Positions 19,170 through 28,385 of a stretch of 31,062 bases of DNA are shown in pieces. The position numbers and the translations under genes are program-made. Source of the DNA: Cyanophora paradoxa CCMP329 (taxonomy: Eukaryota > Plantae > Glaucophyta); assembly GCA_004431415.1 (NCBI GenBank), contig QPMI01000653.1:1-31062 (forward strand), in the 5' to 3' direction. The stretch's first letter is position 1. Every line of letters begins with the position of its first letter. Under the pieces are notes generated by a model that made no database searches, was not told the origin of the DNA, and worked only from the letters and a program-made list of their open reading frames with translations.

Positions 19170-20755
19170 ATGCCGGGCCGCGCGATCGAGGGCTCCGGCG
19201 GCGCCGGAGCGGTGGTGGCGGCGGCTCGCTCCCCGGCCGTCAAAAAGGCAAAGCAGGGCGGGCGCGGCGGCGGCGGCGGCGGCGGTGGAGGCGGAGGCGG
19301 CGGCGGCGGGCCGACCGAGGGACCCGCCGAGGACGCCGGCGGGGCGCCCGCCCCGCAGCAGCAGCAGCAGGAGCGCGAGCACGACGGGGGCTCCGAGGGG
19401 CGCCCCGACGCCGAGCCTGGCGCCGCGGCCGCCGCGCCGCCGGCGCCCCCCGGCAAGCCCAAGCGCCCCCGCGGTGCGTTCCCCTCTCTCGCCGCCCCGG
19501 CCAACTCTCATCCCGCCCGCGCCGCGCAGCCCGCGGGACGGCCGGCGGCACCCCCCCCGCCCTCTCGGGGAAGCGCGCCAAGCTCTTTGCCGACGGCACC
19601 GGTGCGTCCCGTACCCCCCCTCCCCCTTTCCCTTTTTTCCCTCCCAGGGCCGCCCGCGCCGATGGGCGTCCCGGGGCGCAGGTCGCGGCGCCGAGGGGGG
19701 CGCCAGAGGCGCCGCGGAAGAGGCGCACGCCGCCGGCTTGGCGGGCGAGCGCTCGGACGGCTCCGGCCATGACGGCGGCAGCGAGGGGGACGGCAGCCAG
19801 CGCGAGGTGGGGCCGGACCCCCCCTCCCCCCTCCCTCCCCCGCCCGGTTCGTCCCCTCTGACCGGTCTGCGCGCAGGGCCCCGGCTCGCACGACGAAGAA
19901 GACGACGACGAAGGCAACGACGAGCGGGGCGACGAGGACGGGGGCGGCAGCGACGCCGACGGGGCGACGGACCGCGCCCACGGGCGGGGCGGGGCCGGGG
20001 ACCGGCCCCTCAGCGCCGAGCTGCGCCGCGCGGCCGGCCTCCCGCCGGCGGTGACGCGGCGGGAGCGGGCGATCCGGGCCCGCTGGGCGCGCGCGGCGGC
20101 GCACCGCCGGGCGGCGGCGGCGCGGGAGGCGCTGGCGGAGCGGCTGCAGTCGACGCTGCGCCCGCGGGCCGAGCGGCTCGAGGCGCGCGCCGCCGAGCTG
20201 GGGCCCGAGGCGGCGGCCGCCGAGGCGGCCCACGTGCGGATGGTGGCGGAGCGGGCGGAGCTGCAGCTCGCCGCCTGCAAGGGCCGCCCGGGGCTCGAGC
20301 CCTCGATGCGGGCGGCGGCGGAGCGGGCGCGGCGCCAGCTCGAGACCGAGGAGCGGCGCGCCGCCCGCGCGCGATCCGCCAAGGCCGCCGCCGTCGCCGC
20401 GCGGCGCCGCGTCGAGGACGCCGAGGAGGCGCTGGAGGAGGACCCGAGCCCGGAGCCGATCTTCACCCCACCGGCCGCCGGCGCCTCCAGCGCCATCTAC
20501 TGGGTCGCCCTCGCCGCCGCCCTCGCCCTCGGCGGCCCCGCCGCCGCCGACCCCGACGCCCAGGACCGCGCCGCCGCCGAGGCGGCCGCCGAGGCTGCCG
20601 CCGAGGCCGCCGCCGCCGCCGCCGTCGTCGACTCGTTCTCTTCTTCGTCTCCTCCGGAGGCGAAGACGGCCGCTCCGGCGCCGGCCCCGGAGCCCGGCCC
20701 CGCCCCCGAGGCTCCTGCCCACGAGGCCGAGGGCGCCGCCCCTGCAGACGCCTAA
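19170..20755 (+). CDS. Multi-exon low-complexity / Ala-Glu-Arg coiled-coil hypothetical protein
   Basis: ATG 19170 follows a 5'UTR-like intron (GTGCGC ~19075 to CGCAG 19161). Several GTGCGT...CAG introns. Last exon is GC3-rich (RERAIRARWARAAAHRR...SAIYWVALAAALALG...) and ends at TAA 20755. Confidence 0.5.
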
Positions 20756-20761
20756 TCGAGA

Positions 20762-20766
20762 CCCCC

Positions 20767-20816
<50 letters not shown>
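20762..20816 (+). repeat. Poly-C tract (~50 nt)
   Basis: Directly visible. A shorter poly-C tract lies at ~26389-26418. Both sit just upstream of GGGATTCCC-type promoters. Confidence 0.9.
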
Positions 20817-20821
<5 letters not shown>

Positions 20822-21083
20822 CTCCAACGACGAACGAAGCGCCTTCAGGACCCCCCGAGACGTTACGGGGTAGATGCAGGCGCGGGGTGGAGGGGGTGGG
20901 AGGGGGGGAGGGGGGAAGAATGCCAAGGGATTCCCGGGCGGCGTCGGGAATCCCGGGTCGAGCCGTCGAGACCGCGGGGTCGATAAAAGGGGTTGCGCGG
21001 TGCCATCTCACAACACGAGCGTGCACTATCGCCCGAGAAAAGGCCGCCCACCCCCACCAATTCTCGTACCGCTAGAGATACCG

Positions 21084-22067
21084 ATGGCCACGGAGACGAC
21101 GCACATGGCGGCGGCGGCGGCGGCGCCCCTTTCCGAGCCGGCGGCGCCCAGGTTGATCGCCGACCTCCCCGACGAGATCGTTCGCATGGTAACGAAGCGG
21201 CTCGGGCCCTGGGATGCCAAGCGCACCCTGGGGTCTACGAACCGCCGCTTTCGCGACTTGGTCAAAAACGACGACGGCGAGTGGGCGGCCTTGTGCAAGA
21301 CGCAGCTCGGGATCGTGGTTCCCGAAGACGCTCCGCGGGACGGCCTACAACGTCTACGCCGGCTTTTTCGCGACGCGCTGCCGCTTGTGCTTTGAGCGCG
21401 GCTTCTGGAAGCCCAGCGAGGAGCCGATGGTGATGGACCCGCTCTTGAACATGCGCCTCTGCTCCACCGACGCCCGCTGCGATCGTACCCCGATGAGCAG
21501 CATCTACACCATTTCTTATGAATCGAAGAACAGCCACGACAATTACGGGCTATACGGAAACACCATCCCGCACCTAGTCGTCGACGCGGCCGGTCGAACG
21601 AATTACGCCGCCCTCGTCAGGGAGCGGAGCGCCGCCGCGGCCTCCCCGCCCGCCCAGGCCTCCTCTCCATGGCGGAGATCGTCAAGCGCTACCACCTCGT
21701 CCCCGCCGCAATACGAAGCACCGTCCGCGCGGGGCCCTCGCCGCGGCCGGCTACGACCCGGAGACGCTGGAGGAGCGCTTCGACCCCGCCGCCGTCCGTG
21801 CCTGGCTGGTCGATGAGGCCGGCGCCGGCATCCCCGATCCAGAGGGGCGCGCACGAAATCTCGAGAAGGCGGCAGAGTACCGCAAGCGCCGCCGCGGACA
21901 GTTCGAGCAGCACACTGCGCCGGCTGCGCATATGCATGCCACCGCTCCGGCTGCGCATGCCACCGCGCCGGCTGCGCCTGCCGCGGGGCGGCCGGGGTGG
22001 CGTCATGATCAGCTATATGAACTATATATACGACGTCGATCTGGGAGAATTCGTTACCGCTCCTTGA
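21084..22067 (+). CDS. F-box protein with CxxC...C zinc-binding region, paralog 1 (intronless, frameshifted; 3' end uncertain)
   Basis: IADLPDEIVRMVTKRLGPWDAKRTLGSTNRRFRDLV...W..LC is an F-box signature. Followed by RCRLCF...DPLLNMRLC...C and NYGLYGNTIPHLVVDAAG, shared with paralog 2. Confidence 0.75.
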
Positions 22068-22627
22068 TTGAAAAGAGGTTAGCGGCAGTTGTCAAAGTGC
22101 ACGTGTAGAATACGAATAGCTAAAAACCTAGCTATAGAAATGATTATGATATTCGATAGCTATACCGATCGATATCATGAATCGAACGAGATTTGTTTGG
22201 AACAGCAAAGTGACCGTCAGTCCATGTGCGAAGCGATAATTATAATGTTATAATCAAATCAGTTAACGTTCCAAGGACATAAAACTGAGCTTTAAGTTAC
22301 ATGAGTTACATGCGATGTATATGTGTGCGTAGGAAATTTAAAATCGCTCGCGCATGTTGCGCGCGAACATGAATTCGAGACCTCTCGTGGAGCGGCCAAG
22401 GGTGGAAATTAAAGGGCGCGGACCCGAAGGGGCGCGGTGTCACGTGCAAGTGCACAGGGTACGCTCCTTCCGGCATGCGCACCCCGGCCCCTCGGTCGGG
22501 ATTCCCGTTCACGAAAAAAACGGTGGCCGACAAAAGGATCGCGCGGCGCCATTTCGTCACTCGGGCGCGCCGACCCAAAGAAACGACGTCGACACCGGTA
22601 CCGCACCCGATCCATCCAAAGATCTAG

Positions 22628-23634
22628 ATGACCCTGACGACGATGCCGACCCGTGCACTTGAGCTCGAGCCCGAATTTGTGGAGGCGGTGGCGCATGGAG
22701 GCCGCCCGGGCGCGTCGCCGGCGCCCGTGGCCGAGGCCGAGGCCGACATAAATCGCGAGATCGAGCTCACGATCGTGCCTGCCGCGCCAAAGTCGACGTC
22801 GGTGTCGTTTCTAGACCTCCCCGACGAGATCATCGCGAAAAGATCGCCACCATGCTGGGCGCCAAGGGCGCCAACATGTACCTGGGATCCCTCTGCCGCC
22901 ACTTCCGCACCATCGTCAAGGAGCACGACCAGGCGTGGGCGCAGCTGTGCACGACGGAATTCGAGCTGGGCGTCACCAACATGGAGAGGGCCCCGCGCGG
23001 GGGGCCCCACGCCGCGTACTTTGCGTTTGCCGCCGTGCGCTGCAAGGCGTGCTTCTACGGCCACCGCGACTGGAGCCCCGCGGCCGACACGCCGTTTATC
23101 GACCCGATCACAAAGTGGCCCGTCTGCGCCGACTGCGCCGCTCCCTACACGAGCACCGCGAACGGCGTGGCCATTGGTCACGTGATCAGCGCCATCTCTG
23201 GCGAGTCCCGCGAGGCCAGCGTCAAGTACGGCCTCTACGGAACCACCATCCCGCACCTCGCCGTCGACGCGGCCGCTTTACGAACTATGCCGCCATCGTC
23301 AGGGAGCGGGAGCGCCGCCGCGGCCTCCCGCCCGCCCGGCCTCCTCTCCATGGCGGAATCGTCAAGCGCTACCGCCTCGTCCCCGGTCGCTGTCTGCATC
23401 ACCGCCCGCGCGGGCCTCCCCGTGGCCGGCTACGACCCGGAGACGCTGGGGAGCGCTTCGACCCGCGACGTCCGTGGCTGGCTGGTTGAGAAGGCCGAAA
23501 TCCCCGATCCGGAGAGGCGTGTGCGCGATCTCGAGAAAAAGGCCGAGCGGCGCAAGCGCAAGCGACAGCAGGAGCCCGACGCCGAGCGCTCCGCCGCGCC
23601 GGGCGCGTCCGTAGAGGCCCACGCCGAGATCTAG
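22628..23634 (+). CDS. F-box protein with CxxC...CxxC zinc finger, paralog 2 (intronless, frameshifted)
   Basis: FLDLPDEIIAK(fs)IATMLG...LGSLCRHFRTIV...WAQLC is an F-box signature. Followed by RCKACF...DPITKWPVCADC, KYGLYGTTIPHLAVDAA, GYDPETL and IPDPE, shared with paralog 1. Confidence 0.78.
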
Positions 23635-24587
23635 TATATCGTGGTTGATTAGATATATATATATATATATAGGAAGATTGATTGCGATTGCGAGAGGTAT
23701 GCGTTGCGCGGTTAACGTATACGTATACGCGTAGGTAAATCTCGCGCTCGTGCTCGTGGGAGATCATGGATATCGATATCGATCGGAAATGGATATTTCG
23801 CACGCTTACGTATAATGCTCGTAAACATGTTTGCAATTTGTGGCTCCACGATGCAATCATTGAATGATTGTTGAATAATCACTGAGATAAAACATCGCCT
23901 TCCGATCCGCCACGTGCACGGCGCCTGCAAACTACGGCCTGGCCGGAAGCCTCTGGGGGGGATTACGTGCGCTCCGCGGCCGGCTGACCCGACGTTAACG
24001 CTAGCTATAGCTGGCGTGTGTCGAATTCATTATAGTTCTTGGAAGCTTAAACTGTAAGATGGTCGACGTCGGTGCGATCGGCGAAGAAGCAGTACTAGCG
24101 AATACGTAAACGTGCGATGCTTAAGCATGTACTACGTATACGGTATCATAGCATGCATTCGCATTGGTGCGTTCGTTTGCAATTCGAGTTCATTGAAAAA
24201 ACTACGACGCCGACTCTGCAAGTTTGAAATTTGCGGCAACAGTTTTCTACGCCGTGCTGCACACGCGTACATACGTGCACATGTGTGCACAACTCGCTGA
24301 ATGTCAAATGATTGCAACGTGCGACCGTCCGGACGCAGTCTGTTTCATTCCCTCCTGTCCAGCCTGTACGTGTACGTGTATCCTTGCCGACGGCGACGGG
24401 GCGTACACGTACGGGATTCAGAAATCTTTTTCGGTCAGCGATCGGGAATCCCGCATGAAATTCCGCAGTGCCACGGTGCAGCGAGGAGGAGGGCTATAAA
24501 AGAGATCCACCTCATGATCAGCCTCGCAGACCACATCGGCAGTTCCGGATCCCTTTCGCAAAACAAAGCGGTTCAAACTCGCGAAAC

Positions 24588-24960
24588 ATGTCCAACGCGT
24601 TCGTCGAAGCCAACGTTACCGTCAACGGCGACGATGCTGTCACGTCGGTTGCAATCGGCGAAGGAAGCGGGCGCGGTGGCGACGATGACGTGCACGTGGG
24701 AAGAAATCGTGAGGCTCGCTGACCGCTTTATCGAGGACGACGACCGCATCCGCGCCGAGTCCGAGGCGAGGTCACACCCGTCGCCAACGCGCCTACGGCA
24801 ACACGGACATAGTTTGGCTCGGGAGCCTCTCGCCCGAGGAGATTCGAGCTGCGGCCGGCGTCGGTGACGTGGGAGAGATCGTGAGCTCGGGAGCGGTTCA
24901 TCGAGGACGACAATCGCATCCGCGCCGAGTGCGAGGCCCGGGCGATTGCTAGGTCGCGAT
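24588..24960 (+). CDS. Small hypothetical protein or pseudogene with a duplicated ~25-aa acidic helical motif (frameshifted)
   Basis: TATAAAA at 24495-24501 and GGGAATCCC at 24444-24452 upstream. GC island in AT-rich flanks. TWEEIVRLADRFIEDDDRIRAESEAR (~24694-24770) recurs as ...ERFIEDDNRIRAECEAR (~24867-24940). Confidence 0.4.
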
Positions 24961-25544
24961 TAATATTGATCAAGCTTATAAATAGCTTGGATACCGTAGC
25001 ACGTGTACGTATACAGTTCTGCGTCAGAAGCGATACATAATATACAAGCTCACTGATCATGATCATGCCATGATGCATATGGATGATGCGAATTCGACTG
25101 CACATACATATGCATGCATTTACATCATTACACACGTAAATATACGAGCTACTAAACGTATTATAGCTAAAACTAATGTAATACGCATAATGTAAGCACG
25201 TATATATTATACCGCGCGGCGCGCAGCTGAATAGAGTAACGTATAGTACACGTACTTGGTAGCGCGTGCCAATTCCGGATCCAAGTACGGCCTAAGCTTG
25301 CTGCCCGTTTTTGCTCTTCGCATCGCCTCTAGATTTCCTCTCATATATAATCACCCTCTGAATCTCACACACAGCGTGGGTGTACGTAGCTATAACGTTC
25401 AATGGCTCACACGGGTACGTATACGGGTCGGTTTATTTCGCGTAACAAACCGTATATATATACGTAGTACGTATACATGCGGGTCTGAAGAGAAAATGCG
25501 AGGCCCCACGGTACGGCCAGGGGGTAGAAGGGAGCGGGAAAGGA

Positions 25545-26190
25545 TCACTGTAGCTGGTCACGAGCGCTAGCGGGGGCGGGGGCGGGGGCGGCCGCGAGGG
25601 CTGCGTCGAGCTCGGTAGCGAGCTCTTTGTAGATCTTTTGCTTGCCCCAACACATCAGCTCCTGGCAGAGATCCGCCTCTCGGTAGAGCCGGAACGCGAG
25701 CTCCGCCTTGGCGTACCCGCCGTTGTTCGAACGGGGTCCGCGGTACCGGCTGCCTTGGCCTTTCTCGCGGTATTCGTTCACGTAGTCATCCCACATTTCC
25801 CGCTCAAGGCGGGGGAAGCGCTCCACATCCGTCCATGTCCCATCACTGAAGATCTTTTCTTTGAAGCCAGACCGTGCGCCTGTAACGCCGACGTATTGCT
25901 CGATACGGGCGCGCTTGAGGGCTGTGTCGATGGCATCTACGGCTCTGGCGCGCTTCGCGCCGATTATGGCGTCGCAGTCGAGGTTCACGACTTCACGGGC
26001 TCCGTCGGCGTAGACCTGAAGGCCCTCCTGGATCTCCTCGGAGCTGCAATTCCTCCAAAGGCTTAGAGCGGAAAATCCGGTAGCGGGCTTCGAGGGGCCG
26101 TTTGGCGCCGGCGGCGACGAGCTTTGGCTCGTCGTCCTTGAACACGGTCTTCGCGCGCTTGATCAGGCTCTTCACTTTGCCGGCGTCCAT
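25545..26190 (-). CDS. Hypothetical protein, ~215 aa (intronless; ORFs 25993-26190 and 25545-25988 joined across frameshifts)
   Basis: Globular-looking composition (MDAGKVKSLIKRAKTVFKDDEPKL...; ...FSDGTWTDVERFPRLEREMWDDYVNEY...). Minus-strand TATAAA at 26306-26301 and two GGGATTCCC motifs upstream. Confidence 0.6.
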
Positions 26191-26559
26191 GGTCGATCGC
26201 GGGGGCGGTCTAGGTCTGGGCTGGCGTAAGCTTTTGGGTGCGCGGGCGAGACCGCGAGTGCGAATGACGATCGATGCCGACCGGAGCGGACGCGAACCCC
26301 TTTATAGACCCGCGATTCCCTTGGGGATCCGGGGGCTTGGGGGATTCCCGGTTGGGATTCCCGGCCCGACGGACCCCGCCGCGTCCCAACCCCCCCCGCC
26401 CCCCCCCCCCCCCCCCCCTCGATCCTCTGCGTTCACATGAAGCCCAGCCCTCGCGGTGAAAAAAGCGCGAGACCGCGTCGCGCCTCGCCGAGCCTGTGGC
26501 GAGCTGGCCGGCGGCCGCCCGCCGCTCTGGCAGATGCCACGCCCGAGCGGGCCCGTTCA

Positions 26560-26812
26560 GGGGTACCCCCTCGCGCACCCCCGGCCTCGCTCACCGGCGG
26601 CGAGCACCCCGTACGGCTCGCTGCATCTGGCTCGCAGTAGGGGCGGCCTGGTCGATTCCGGCTACGGCGTGTGTACCCCTCAATCGCGCCCTCTCCGATT
26701 CTCGTACGCCCCTCGCGCTCGCCCTCGCTCGCCCTGCGGCCCGTTCGGTTCGCCGCAGCTGGTGCGCAGTAGGGGCGGCCTGGTCGATTCCGGCTACGGC
26801 GTGTGTACCCCT
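26560..26812 (-). repeat. Type B units, reverse orientation, 2 cores
   Basis: CGCAGTAGGGGCG-GCCTGGTCGATTCCGGCTACGGCGTGTGTACCCC, with cores at 26646-26679 and 26778-26811. Confidence 0.93.
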
Positions 26813-26898
26813 GCTAACGCTGCCCTTTTCCCTCCCTCTCCAACTACCCCTGGCCCTCCCGGGTCCCGCATCCTCTCAGCGAGGACCCGCAGGACGTC

Positions 26899-27283
26899 GG
26901 GGGTACAGGCGCCGTAGCCGGAATCGACCAGGCGGGCGATAAGCGGCGGGGCTCGGTTCGGTCGTACCCCCGCTCCCCCCGCCCCCCGCCGCGCCCTCGC
27001 CTCGTCTCACCGCGCGCGAGCTCGCGGGTCCGCCCAGGGGTACAGGCGCCGTAGCCGGAATCGACCAGGCGGGCCATAAGCGGCGGGGCTCGGTTCGGTC
27101 GTACCCCCTGCTCCCCCCGCCCCCCGCTGCGCCCTCGCCCCGTCTCACCGCGAGCCCGCGCGTCCGCCCAGGGGTACAGGCGCCGTAGCCGGAATCGACC
27201 AGGCGGGCCATAAGCGGCGGGGCTCGGTTCGGCCGTACCCCCGCCCCCCCCCGACCCCGCCCGCTCGCCCCGTCTCACCGAGG
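26899..27283 (+). repeat. Type A units, 3 cores (~135 bp period)
   Basis: GGGGTACAGGCGCCGTAGCCGGAATCGACCAGGCGGG at ~26899, 27037 and 27171. Confidence 0.95.
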
Positions 27284-27335
27284 GCACGTGCACGTCCCAA
27301 TTAATATTAATATTGCAAGGGGGAAGATGGGAGGA

Positions 27336-28014
27336 TCACTGATCGTGAGCGGCCGCGGGGGCGGGCCGGGGGCGGGGGCCCGAGTGCAGCTCGGGGGGAA
27401 CGAGCCACGCGGCCGAGCGGTAGCGATCGCGAAACGCCTGCGGCGCCCAGGCGGGGAGCGCCGCCGCCCCCTCGTCGAGGCGCCGCCCGTAGCCCTGCGG
27501 GTCCGCCCGCCACCGCGCCGCGTGCTCGCCGGCGAGAAAAGTGATGCCGGCGCCCGGGGCGGCGCGGCAGAGGGGGCAGCGAAAGTCGGCGGGGGGCAGC
27601 GAGGCGAGGCAGTGGAGGCAGAAGACGTGGTTGCAGGCGAGGCGGACGGGCCGCGCGTGCGGCTCCAGGCAGACCGCGCACGGGTCCCTCTCGTCGGCGC
27701 CGGCCGCGCCGGCCGCGGCCGGCAGCTCGGCGCTCGACGCGTTCCGCATGCACCAGCAGGTGAGGGCGGCGAGGTGGCCGAGGGAGACGAAGCGGGCGAG
27801 GGCGGCGGGGTCCGTGCGCGGGTCGCCCCCCGCCGGCGCCTCGACGACCTCGGTCTCGACCCAGGACTTGCCGCGCGCCACGGGCAGAGGCACGCGGATG
27901 GAGCCGCGCGCCGCGTCGTACTCGTGCAGACCGTGCCCGCTCCGCGCGCGAGCGGGTCCCGCTCCCCGCCGAAGCGCTGGGGTACGGGGTGGCCCGGTGC
28001 CCGCGGGCGCTCAT
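27336..28014 (-). CDS. RING-HC (C3HC4) finger protein, putative E3 ubiquitin ligase
   Basis: CAVCLEPHARPVRLACNHVFCLHCLASLPPADFRCPLCR is a canonical C3HC4 RING. Likely ATG at 28014 (needs one frameshift), below a minus-strand ATAAAA at 28120-28115. Confidence 0.85.
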
Positions 28015-28385
28015 GGGGTAGGGAGAACCCTGCGTCGACCGAGTTCGAGCGGACGGGGTACTGCGGTCGCGCACCCCTCGCTCTTCCTCGTCTACCCCCC
28101 GCCCAGGGGCGCCCTTTTATGGTCGGACGCGGCGGGCGTGCGGGGCGGGGACGGGGGCGGGGAGGGGAGGGGTTCGGAGCACCTCGCCGGGGTACGCGGC
28201 GGGCGGGGAGCCGCGCCCCGCCGGCTCGGGTCGCGCGGGGAGCGGCACCGGCCGCGGAGGGCGGGGGTACGGCCGGCCGCGGCGCGGGATTCCCGTTCGT
28301 TTCCGCCAAGAAAAGGGGCCCGCCCCGCGGGAGGAGGGGCGTTGATCGCCATTCCTCGCCTGCGCAGGGAAAAAGCGAGAACGGA

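Noticed and set aside
1785-27283. Arrays as true terminal inverted repeats with target-site duplication
   Set aside because: No sharp ends or TSD are visible, copy numbers differ, the same repeat occurs internally, and element-type genes (RING, primase-helicase) continue beyond 27283.
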